A DNA stretch of 12,005 nt from Chlamydiae bacterium RIFCSPHIGHO2_12_FULL_49_11 (GCA_001794905.1 MGLW01000056.1:1727-13731); one strand, 5' to 3'. Shown: positions 1-8,036, numbered from the stretch's first letter. The notes: generated by a model from the letters alone, not told the origin. Translations and numbers: made by a program.

Positions 1-1398
1 TTTATCGGAAGAGTGCAAAAGAGGCGGGCAAAACACTCTTTTTGGGCCGGCATATTCGGCGCGCGCCGCATCTTGTGGAGCGGAGGGCACCACACTGCCT
101 TGTATCAGGCTATTGCAGGGGTGTCGCAACTTTCCGAAGCACCGCTATGGCAGCGGAAAAAGGCGACGGGTCCATTCCGTATCGGAATCAACCCGGGAGC
201 AAGCTACGGATCAGCAAAATGCTGGCCGCCCGAGTATTTTCGCACGTTGATCAGGCTGATTCTTGAGACAATGCCCCGGGCTGAGGTGCGGTGCTTCGGC
301 TCGTGGGAGCAGCGGGATTTGGTGGCATCGATCACGGAAGGGTTTGATGCAAGGGTACAAAATCAGGCGGGAGAGACGAGCCTCGGAGAGCTTATCGATG
401 AAATCGCTGCCTGTCATGTTTTTGTCACAAATGACAGCGGGCCGATGCATATTGCGGCGGGCCTGCACCTCTCGCTGATCGCCCTCTTCGGTTCCACTGC
501 GCCGGAAAGTACGGGGCCTTTTCCAAACGGGATCGTACTGACGGAAAAGGTCGAATGCTCGCCCTGTTTCAAACGGACGTGCCCGATCGATTTTCGATGC
601 ATGGTGCGCCTCACTCCCGAAAAGGTAGCACCTTTGCTGAGCAGGAAACTCATCGTGATTCTGGCAGGAGGAAAGGGAGTGCGTCTCGGGGCTGAAGGGC
701 CCAAGGCAGCGGTAGAGGTGCGAGGAAAAAAACTCTTTACCCACCTGCTCGAAAAGGTATCCTCCGAAGATAAGGTGATGGTGCTCACATCACCGCACAA
801 TGACGCTGCAACGCGGGAGATGGTCCGGCGGGAAAACCTGTATTTCTACGTAGGCAAAGAGTACCCTTCTTTTAACCGGGACCGGTCGGAGCTTTATTCC
901 GATGACCTCTTTCCGGAAGGGAACGGCGCTTTTCTCGACGGCCTCGAAGAGATGTGGCAAGAGGGGCTTCTCGACGACGTTGACCGGATTCAGGTGGTGC
1001 CGATAGACAATTACAGGGCGCCCGTGGGGCACAAGCTTTTTTTTGAAACCGAGAGTGACCTGGTGGTGCTGGAAACGGATAAGCTCTCCCCGGAAGAAAA
1101 GATGGGGGTGGTTCAAGTCAAAAACCGTCTTGACGTCCGGGAATACCTAGAGGGGCCGATCGAGTGCCCTCGCGGGTTTACCGGGATCTTCTCCTTCAAA
1201 GCGAGATGCCTGCCAAGTTTATTTTCTAAAACATTTCCCGAGCATGTCGTGGAAAAACGGGGAAGATTTCATAGTGAAAGATTTGCTTTTGATATTTTTC
1301 CTTACTTTGACTCGTTTTCTGTGGTGTATTTGCCCCGCGAGGAGTGCTTTATGCCGGTGAAAACACAGGAAGACCTTGTCAATGTGAACCGATTCTAA
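1..1398 (+). CDS. 5'-truncated fusion protein: GT9 (WaaF/heptosyltransferase II-like) C-terminal domain joined to a UAP-type UDP-sugar pyrophosphorylase-like domain
   Basis: Frame +1 is open from base 1, so the true start probably lies upstream of the window. GT9 motifs: IGINPGASYGSAKCWP (181-228), NDSGPMHIAA (from 430) and the Cys cluster CSPCFKRTCPIDFRC (556-600). With no stop in between, UAP/AGX-family motifs follow: ILAGGKGVRLG..PK (from 658), PEGNG (913-927), IDN (1003-1011), EKMGV, VREY, ERFAFD and REECFMPVK. Stop TAA at 1396-1398. Confidence 0.85.
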   Translation, partial: FIGRVQKRRAKHSFWAGIFGARRILWSGGHHTALYQAIAGVSQLSEAPLWQRKKATGPFRIGINPGASYGSAKCWPPEYFRTLIRLILETMPRAEVRCFGSWEQRDLVASITEGFDARVQNQAGETSLGELIDEIAACHVFVTNDSGPMHIAAGLHLSLIALFGSTAPESTGPFPNGIVLTEKVECSPCFKRTCPIDFRCMVRLTPEKVAPLLSRKLIVILAGGKGVRLGAEGPKAAVEVRGKKLFTHLLEKVSSEDKVMVLTSPHNDAATREMVRRENLYFYVGKEYPSFNRDRSELYSDDLFPEGNGAFLDGLEEMWQEGLLDDVDRIQVVPIDNYRAPVGHKLFFETESDLVVLETDKLSPEEKMGVVQVKNRLDVREYLEGPIECPRGFTGIFSFKARCLPSLFSKTFPEHVVEKRGRFHSERFAFDIFPYFDSFSVVYLPREECFMPVKTQEDLVNVNRF

Positions 1399-1410
1399 TA
1401 TACTATAGGT

Positions 1411-2406
1411 ATGGCTAAAGTCGGATTTTTAGGAACGGGAGCGTGGGGGATTACCCTTGCTGATTTGATCGCGAAGAATGGGCATGAAGTGCTTCTCTGG
1501 GGAATTGAGGAAGATGTGCTGGACAGCCTTGAAAAAGGCAAAGGCCACCCCAAATTTCCTGCTTTTCCCGTCTCTTCCGCCCTGCGTGTAGTGCGATCGC
1601 TCCAAGAAGTGGTGGAAGAATGCGACCTATTTGTGGAATGCGTTACTGCCAAAGGATTTAGACCTGTACTGGAAAAATTGTTTACATTGGGCGGCCTTGA
1701 CCGTCCCTTTATCATTACCTCGAAAGGGATCGAGCAGGAGACGGGGCAGCTCCTTGCTGAGGTGGCTTTGGAATATATCTCTTCCGATTTGATCGGATAC
1801 ATGAGCGGACCGACCCTTGCCAAAGAAGTCATGCAAGGGCAGCCGACCGCCGCTGTTGCTGCCGGAAAGAATCCCGAAATGCAAGAGCTCGTGTGCCGGC
1901 TGTTTGATTCGCCCACATTCTGTATTGAAACGAGTTTTGACATCATGGGCGTTGCTCTTGGCGGCGCCATGAAAAACGTGATTGCCATTGCGTCGGGGAT
2001 TGCCGAAGGGCTCGGTTTCGGACACAATACAAAAGCAATGCTCATCGTCCGGGGTCTACGTGAAATGTGCCGGATGGCAAAACTCAAAGGGGCCCGGGAT
2101 GAAACCTGTTACGGCCTCGCCGGAATCGGCGACCTCATCGTGACCGGAGTATCCAACCTCAGTCGCAATTTTCAGTTCGGCCGCTTTTTGGGGGAGGGAG
2201 TGGACATCGATGAGGCGCGTAAAAAAGTCGGCATGGTGATCGAGGGGGAATATACCGTTCTATCCGCGTATCGTCTCGGACAAAAAAATCATTTGGATTT
2301 GCCCATCACTTATGCTATGTACCAAGTCTTGTACGAAGGGAAAAATCCAAGGGAGGCGCTGCTTCATCTTCTGGAAGAGAGAGAAGCCGCTGCCGAAATA
2401 CAATGA
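1411..2406 (+). CDS. gpsA: NAD(P)H-dependent glycerol-3-phosphate dehydrogenase
   Basis: 331 aa. Rossmann motif GTGAWG plus SKG, SGPTLA, GGAMKNVIAIA, GLAGIGDL, SRN and IEG motifs typical of GpsA. Confidence 0.97.
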   Translation: MAKVGFLGTGAWGITLADLIAKNGHEVLLWGIEEDVLDSLEKGKGHPKFPAFPVSSALRVVRSLQEVVEECDLFVECVTAKGFRPVLEKLFTLGGLDRPFIITSKGIEQETGQLLAEVALEYISSDLIGYMSGPTLAKEVMQGQPTAAVAAGKNPEMQELVCRLFDSPTFCIETSFDIMGVALGGAMKNVIAIASGIAEGLGFGHNTKAMLIVRGLREMCRMAKLKGARDETCYGLAGIGDLIVTGVSNLSRNFQFGRFLGEGVDIDEARKKVGMVIEGEYTVLSAYRLGQKNHLDLPITYAMYQVLYEGKNPREALLHLLEEREAAAEIQ

Positions 2407-3926
2407 AACATAACGATACTCCGATTCCGCTCGAAGGAATGCCGATATTGACGGCTCATGAAATGGCCCGGATCGAACAAAGAGCCATTGCCGAAGATCC
2501 TTCTCTCGATGAATTGTTCATGGAAACGGCTTCCCGCGGAATGTTCGAGCTTGTGCTTGGCACGATACGCCAGAAAGACTTTTCCGATCATGCCATATTA
2601 GTGTGCGGCAAGGGGAATAATGCGGGGGATGCCTATACCATCGGGACCCTTCTCCTGGCCGAAAGTATCGAGGTCGATGCCTACCAGCTATTTCCTCTCG
2701 ACGAGTGTTCGAAACTGTGCCGGAAGCATGCTGCTGCATTTAAAAGCAGGGGTGGTGTCATTCATACGATTGCAAGACCGGAAGAAATGGAAATTCCGTC
2801 GAGACGAGATATCATCATTGACGGCATTGTGGGAACGGGATTTACGGGAACCTTGACCGGGCTTGCGTCCGATATCGTACAAAAAATTAACCGCTCCGAG
2901 AACTGTGTTTTTGCAATCGATATTCCTTCAGGCATTCACGGCGGTACGGGAGAAATCGGGGAGGCTGCGATCGAAGCCAATATCACCGCGTATCTGGGCG
3001 CTCTAAAAATCGGCCACCTGTATAACCAGGGGCTCGAAAATGTGGGCGATTTGTACCATATCGATTTTGGTTTGGAAACTCGTTTCTACGATGGCGCACA
3101 CTTTTTCGGGCACGTCATCAACCCCGAAATTTTGCGTCACAATCTACACAAACCACGCCGCAAGGCGCACAAGTATGAAGTAGGACAAGTAGCCGTCGTT
3201 GCAGGCAGCCCGAACATGCCGGGTGCGGCTGTTCTTGCGGCCAATGCCGCCCTGCGCTCCGGAGCGGGAATGGTGAAAGTATTCTCTTCGCCGGAAGCGA
3301 TTTCTAAAATGCACGGGCTATTTCCCGAGGTGATTTTGATTCCGATGGAACCGGAAGCGTTGCAGAATGAAATGCACCGCACCCGATCTCTTGTCGTCGG
3401 TCCCGGTCTGTCTCGGACGAAAGAAGCCGAACAACTTGTCCACCATATTTTCAAACTCAATGCTATGAAGGTGATCGACGGGGACGCCCTCTATTTTATG
3501 ACGGATAAACCTCCGCCCCGTTCGATTTTGACACCACACGAGGGGGAACTCAGGCGTCTTTTACATGCGGAACCTGAAGTAGGCCAGTTGGAGCTTGTCG
3601 ATCTGGCACAGAACTATGTCGATCGGCATGACGTCATTCTCGTTTACAAGGGGGCGCCGACTACCCTTTTTGCAAAAGGGCTTCCCAAGCTTGTATTTCC
3701 CTTCGGCAATCAGGGGATGGCAAAGGCGGGAATGGGAGATGTGCTTGCGGGGATGATAGGTGCCTTCCTCCTCTTTCACGACGACCTCCGCGAAGCGGCT
3801 GCGATGGGGACCCTCTTGCATCAACGTGCAGGCGACCATGTCCAAGCACGCTCTTCCATACACTCTCTCATTGCCTCCGATCTCATTGCCGATCTTGGCC
3901 CTTTATTTCATCACCTTGAGAAGTGA
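2403..3926 (+). CDS. nnr: Bifunctional NAD(P)H-hydrate epimerase/dehydratase (YjeF; NnrE-NnrD)
   Basis: 507 aa. YjeF_N motifs GKGNNAGD, IDGIVGTG and DIPSG. Carbohydrate-kinase-fold motifs GPGL, DGDAL, TPHEGEL and GMGDVLAG. The start overlaps the gpsA stop (ATGA at 2403-2406). Confidence 0.95.
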   Translation: MKHNDTPIPLEGMPILTAHEMARIEQRAIAEDPSLDELFMETASRGMFELVLGTIRQKDFSDHAILVCGKGNNAGDAYTIGTLLLAESIEVDAYQLFPLDECSKLCRKHAAAFKSRGGVIHTIARPEEMEIPSRRDIIIDGIVGTGFTGTLTGLASDIVQKINRSENCVFAIDIPSGIHGGTGEIGEAAIEANITAYLGALKIGHLYNQGLENVGDLYHIDFGLETRFYDGAHFFGHVINPEILRHNLHKPRRKAHKYEVGQVAVVAGSPNMPGAAVLAANAALRSGAGMVKVFSSPEAISKMHGLFPEVILIPMEPEALQNEMHRTRSLVVGPGLSRTKEAEQLVHHIFKLNAMKVIDGDALYFMTDKPPPRSILTPHEGELRRLLHAEPEVGQLELVDLAQNYVDRHDVILVYKGAPTTLFAKGLPKLVFPFGNQGMAKAGMGDVLAGMIGAFLLFHDDLREAAAMGTLLHQRAGDHVQARSSIHSLIASDLIADLGPLFHHLEK

Positions 3927-6900
3927 CCGGTATTTGTCGATCATAGAGGCGGCAAGGGGGGCGCATTCTTTTCCGAAGTCGCCGTAGCGCAAATATACCA
4001 CGACGACAAGTTCCGGAGAGGTGAATGTGTGGGCTTCCTTGAAAGAACCCGCGACGAACCAGGTGTCTTTGGTTAAGGCTGCCGGGACTTTGGCATTAAG
4101 ATACGGCTTGATCCGCTTTTCGGCGGTCGATGTTTTTCCGATCATGAAGGGGGCAAGTTTGCCGTAGATGTCCCTGAGCTCTTTTTGTTCGTGCAAGGTA
4201 CGGATGGCCGTTTTGCGTGCGGTACCTCCATTGCTGTTTACTACGCTGTAGAGTCCCTCCAGAATGAGCCGGCGGAGAGGCTCCGGAAGAAAGATGCGTG
4301 CTTGAATCTCCGTATGCAATCTTCTCACATACGGCTCATCGCTGCCCGTTTCCCCGGAAGTGAAGAGGGGGAAAAAAATCCCCATATTTTTGAGCGCTTC
4401 ACGGAAGGCAAATTCGGTGCGGAACAAGACCTGCTCTTTTTCTTGCGGTTCCAGGTTCAAAAGGTGCAATGCGATCCGAGGCACAACTACATTGCCCCCG
4501 TTCATAAAAGCCGACAGCATGACCGCCGTCTGCAGCGGGGTGGTAAGCAACGTGTGCTGGCCGATCGCAAAAGAATATAGATTGGAAGGGTTGTCGAACA
4601 GGTCAAACGGTACCTTGCCGGTCGCTTCGCGGTCGAGTTTAACACGGGTGGGAGAACCGAACCCCATTTTCATCGCACATTTTGAAAGGTCGGTCGGGAT
4701 GGACAAGTGGTCTTTTGCGAGAAGGGAAAAATAGAGATTGCTCGACTTTTCAAAGGCACCGCAGAGATCGATTTTTCCGATATTGGGATGGCTGCGCGGG
4801 AGGCGTCCCCCTTTATACCAGCGGCAGATGGGGGTGCCGGACAAAGTGTATCCCAAGACGGTACCGGCTTTCATCGACATGGAATAGGGCGGAGATGCAT
4901 CGACGATCACAAGCGGGTTGGGATCACCGGTATCCCGTTCAATTTTTTGTCTGGCCGCTTCATATCCGGTGACAATTTTGAAAATAGACCCCAGGGGGGA
5001 CGCCTCCTGAAATGCGGAGGATGTAGCAAAACCACAGCCGCCTGCAGGGTAGGCATGCAAAATCAAATCCTGCTCCGTCTGTTCTTTTCCCGGCTTTTGC
5101 CGGAAATGATACCGACCCACGAGAGACTCATCCCGTTCGTAAAAGGAGCGGCAGGCGCGGAAAAAGGCGCGTACTTGTTCGGAGTTGAATTCGGCTAGAA
5201 ATTGTTTCAACGCTTCGATTTCGACAGCGGAGGACTCCAGACTCTTGGAAATGATTTCTTGAATAAAAGGATTGAGCCCGGGTTGCAATCCGGCTCTTTT
5301 TGTGAGAAAGGCCTCTAGAAACAGTTCGCGATTTTGGTGGAAAAAAGGGCGGAAGAGAATCTCTTTTGCTTCTTCCAGATAGACGGTATAGGGTTTTTGA
5401 GAAGATTTCTTCTCTTTTTCTTCTTTTCTTTTTTGCTCTAAAAAATGGGTGAAATACGCCTCACGCCATGCGGGAAAGTCGGTTCGGGTAAAAATTTTTT
5501 CGGCGATCCGGTACACCTCTCCACGTGCCGTTATGACTGCTTGTTCCAGAGATCGGAAACGATCGGGAGAGAGGGTGCCAAACGATCCGAGAAATTCGGG
5601 TCCGGCAAGTTCTTTGGAAATGAGAACAGCACACAAATCACGAAGAAGGTCCCGGTCTTGCGTGCTCAAAGCGGGATTTTCTTCCTCGTCCGCTTTTATG
5701 CATAAGTTGAGGGTAGAAAAGGAGGAAATTATCCGGTCAACGTCGCTCCCTTTGGCTACCAGCTGGTGCACAAACCGTTTCCATGTCCATTTTTTCGGGG
5801 TGCTTCCCGGTTTGGGGATATTGTCCAGGCCGTCCCATAACCGGCGTACATATTCGGGAGTTTCGAGCCACATCCGGCGCCTGCTTGATTTTCCATGTGT
5901 GATGAAATCGGCAGGATCAAAGCCGGGATAGGAAGCAAGAGCCAGAATATCGCCGGAGGTAGGCTCGATCGCTACGATCGCCCCTCCGCATACCCACGGT
6001 CTGGGGAGGAATTTATGATCGGGAGAGCTTTTATAAAACCGTTTTTGCCTTTCGCTGTCGGATTGCATCAGGATCATTTCGGCATGTTTTTGCAACTGTG
6101 CCGCAAGGGTGAGAAAAAGCCTTCTGCCGCTGACCGGATTTTTGGAATCGGGGAGTTCCCGTATGGTGTTTCCCATGGGGTCGATTTCAAACCGTTTTTC
6201 GCCGAACCGGCCGGCAAGGTCGGCCTGAAATGTTCTTTCCACTCCGGCTTTGCCTTGCAGTGTGCCTACGAATTTCAGGTCGGTTTGGAGTTCATGAATC
6301 CTTTCCACCACCTGTATTTGCGACGTGAAACCGGCAGGAAGTGGAGAAGGGATCAACTCTTCCACATCCTGCATGTAGGCGAGGAGGCGGGATAATTCTT
6401 CTTTTTTACGGATGCCCGACTGAAAATCCATTTTTCCCAGATACCCCAACACAGAGGAAGCGGTTGTGCCTTCGGGGTAATGGCGGACGGGAAAAATTTT
6501 GGCTCTGAGGCCCGGCCACTCTTTTTCGAGAAACCGGAGTTTGTAGTAGGTTTGTTCGTCGACCGCCTCATAGACGGTGAAGAACATGGACGGGAAGATG
6601 GCTGCCTGGCTATAGATCAGGTCTACGATATCTGTGGGGTCCACATCGAACTGGCCTGCTAAAAAGCGGGCCAGTTTTTCGGTGTATTCTTTGCGCGGAA
6701 AAGTCCTGGTGCGTGTTTTTCCGTTCGTCTTCCACCGGATGCGGGGGATCGATAACAGATCTTCATACATGATGCCCACCGAATACGAAATTTTATTTGT
6801 CACCAAAACTTCGTTGAACCGGTCGCGGATCGTTCCTCGGAGCGGTTCGACAAAGACCGTCTTGTACTTGGGGCGCCTGGAGAGTTTTTCATACCGCTCG

Positions 6901-6998
6901 GTTGCCACGGTGGTCAAAAAGAAAAGACGTAGGGAAATGATGATGCCGATGATACCGAGAGCCGTATAAATTTTTTTTAATTTGAGTTCCAAAAGCAT
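3903..6998 (-). CDS. mrdA: Class B penicillin-binding protein 2, large chlamydial type
   Basis: 1031 aa. N-terminal TM segment, pedestal motifs RGTIRDR, RHYPEG and GKAGVE, and ILALASYPGFDP. Transpeptidase motifs SxxK (SIFK, 4977-4988), SxN (SSN, 4737-4745) and KTS (4128-4136), plus AIGQ and TPLQ. Confidence 0.92.
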   Translation of the reverse strand: MLLELKLKKIYTALGIIGIIISLRLFFLTTVATERYEKLSRRPKYKTVFVEPLRGTIRDRFNEVLVTNKISYSVGIMYEDLLSIPRIRWKTNGKTRTRTFPRKEYTEKLARFLAGQFDVDPTDIVDLIYSQAAIFPSMFFTVYEAVDEQTYYKLRFLEKEWPGLRAKIFPVRHYPEGTTASSVLGYLGKMDFQSGIRKKEELSRLLAYMQDVEELIPSPLPAGFTSQIQVVERIHELQTDLKFVGTLQGKAGVERTFQADLAGRFGEKRFEIDPMGNTIRELPDSKNPVSGRRLFLTLAAQLQKHAEMILMQSDSERQKRFYKSSPDHKFLPRPWVCGGAIVAIEPTSGDILALASYPGFDPADFITHGKSSRRRMWLETPEYVRRLWDGLDNIPKPGSTPKKWTWKRFVHQLVAKGSDVDRIISSFSTLNLCIKADEEENPALSTQDRDLLRDLCAVLISKELAGPEFLGSFGTLSPDRFRSLEQAVITARGEVYRIAEKIFTRTDFPAWREAYFTHFLEQKRKEEKEKKSSQKPYTVYLEEAKEILFRPFFHQNRELFLEAFLTKRAGLQPGLNPFIQEIISKSLESSAVEIEALKQFLAEFNSEQVRAFFRACRSFYERDESLVGRYHFRQKPGKEQTEQDLILHAYPAGGCGFATSSAFQEASPLGSIFKIVTGYEAARQKIERDTGDPNPLVIVDASPPYSMSMKAGTVLGYTLSGTPICRWYKGGRLPRSHPNIGKIDLCGAFEKSSNLYFSLLAKDHLSIPTDLSKCAMKMGFGSPTRVKLDREATGKVPFDLFDNPSNLYSFAIGQHTLLTTPLQTAVMLSAFMNGGNVVVPRIALHLLNLEPQEKEQVLFRTEFAFREALKNMGIFFPLFTSGETGSDEPYVRRLHTEIQARIFLPEPLRRLILEGLYSVVNSNGGTARKTAIRTLHEQKELRDIYGKLAPFMIGKTSTAEKRIKPYLNAKVPAALTKDTWFVAGSFKEAHTFTSPELVVVVYLRYGDFGKECAPLAASMIDKYRSLLKVMK

Positions 6999-7007
6999 CG
7001 TTTTCTG

Positions 7008-7013
7008 ATTATA
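7008..7013 (-). promoter_or_regulatory. Putative -10 element (TATAAT) for pbp2
   Basis: Perfect TATAAT on the - strand, ending 9 nt before the ATG at 6998. No consensus -35 at 16-18 bp spacing. Confidence 0.45.
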
Positions 7014-7015
7014 CG

Positions 7016-7047
7016 ACTTTTTTGATCGAAGCGTGTATCAAAAAAGT
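7016..7047. repeat. 11-bp perfect inverted repeat upstream of pbp2
   Basis: ACTTTTTTGAT (7016-7026), a 10-nt spacer, then ATCAAAAAAGT (7037-7047). Confidence 0.85.
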
Positions 7048-7111
7048 TGCAAAGTCAAGTTGCTAAAAAAAGCCGGATGTGAAAAAATTTGCTCGCAAAA
7101 GTTTTAAAAAC

Positions 7112-7140
7112 TTGCTTTGCGCCATATTTCACCGTATTTA
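7112..7140 (+). promoter_or_regulatory. Possible sigma70/sigma66 promoter for tRNA-Gly-rpsB-tsf-pyrH-frr
   Basis: TTGCTT (7112-7117), N17, TATTTA (7135-7140), with AT-rich sequence upstream and the tRNA 14 nt downstream. The -10 match is only 3/6. Confidence 0.35.
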
Positions 7141-7146
7141 CGGTGA
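7129..7146. repeat. 8-bp perfect palindrome just upstream of tRNA-Gly
   Basis: TCACCGTA-TT-TACGGTGA. Confidence 0.8.
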
Positions 7147-7154
7147 GGCTTAAA

Positions 7155-7225
7155 GCGCCTGTAGTTCAATGGTAGAACAATAGCCTTCCAAGCTATTAGT
7201 GTCAGTTCGATTCTGATCAGGCGCT
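7155..7225 (+). tRNA. tRNA-Gly(TCC)
   Basis: Acceptor stem GCGCCTG/CAGGCGC, D stem GTTC/GAAC, anticodon stem ATAGC/GCTAT with loop CT-TCC-AA (anticodon 7187-7189), T loop TTCGATT and discriminator T. CCA is not encoded. Confidence 0.97.
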
Positions 7226-7255
7226 AGAAAAAAATTAAAAGTAGAGGAATTACCT

Positions 7256-8026
7256 TTGACCACGCAAGAACAAGAGAAAGAAACATATCAGCTCAGCGTA
7301 ACGATTAAAGACCTATTGGAATCGGGAGTCCATTTCGGCCATCAAACGCACCGTTGGAATCCGAAAATGGGTCAATACATCTACGAAGTGAGAAACGGCA
7401 TCCACATTTTGGATTTGTCCAAAACGATCCAGCAACTGAGGGCAGCATGCCATGTTGTCCGCGATGTAGTGGGCCGCAAAAAAAGCATCCTTTTCGTAGG
7501 AACGAAAAAGCAGGCTAAAATCGTCATCAAAGAGGTGGCGGAAGCGTGCGGTGAATTTTACGTATGCGAAAGGTGGCTTGGCGGCATGCTCACCAACCTC
7601 GTGACGATCCGGCAGTCGATCAAAAAACTCGAAAAAATCGAGAAAAAGGTGGCGGCGGGCGGCGAAGGACTCAAGAAAAAAGAAGTGTCGCGTCTTACCA
7701 AGCTGCAAGAAAAGCTTGAACGCAATCTGTCAGGTGTGCGTGCCATGCGCAAAGCGCCCGGACTTGTCATCGTCGTCGATCCGCATAAAGAACACATCGC
7801 GGTAGCCGAAGCGCGCAAGCTCGGTATCCCTGTGATGGCGATTACCGATACCAATTGCGATCCCGACCTCATCGACTATGTGATTGCCGGTAACGACGAC
7901 GCCTTGAAGAGTAACAAGGTAATGCTCGATGCCATTGCTAAAGCAATTGCCGACAAAAAAGAAAGTTTGGGGCTGGCCATCCGGCCTTCGAATGAAGAGC
8001 ACGAAGAAAAGCCGGAACAACGATAG
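7256..8026 (+). CDS. rpsB: 30S ribosomal protein S2
   Basis: Motifs GVHFGHQ, WNPKM, FVGTKKQA, RWLGGMLTN, DTNCDPD and GNDDA. TTG start with SD-like GAGGA at 7244-7248. Confidence 0.98.
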   Translation: MTTQEQEKETYQLSVTIKDLLESGVHFGHQTHRWNPKMGQYIYEVRNGIHILDLSKTIQQLRAACHVVRDVVGRKKSILFVGTKKQAKIVIKEVAEACGEFYVCERWLGGMLTNLVTIRQSIKKLEKIEKKVAAGGEGLKKKEVSRLTKLQEKLERNLSGVRAMRKAPGLVIVVDPHKEHIAVAEARKLGIPVMAITDTNCDPDLIDYVIAGNDDALKSNKVMLDAIAKAIADKKESLGLAIRPSNEEHEEKPEQR

Positions 8027-8036
8027 GGGGACGGGG

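Noticed and set aside
1395-2087. 230-aa antisense ORF over gpsA, and other antisense or alternate-frame ORFs over pbp2, rpsB and tsf
   Set aside because: They lie within well-supported genes and show no motifs. Such shadows are expected at this GC content.
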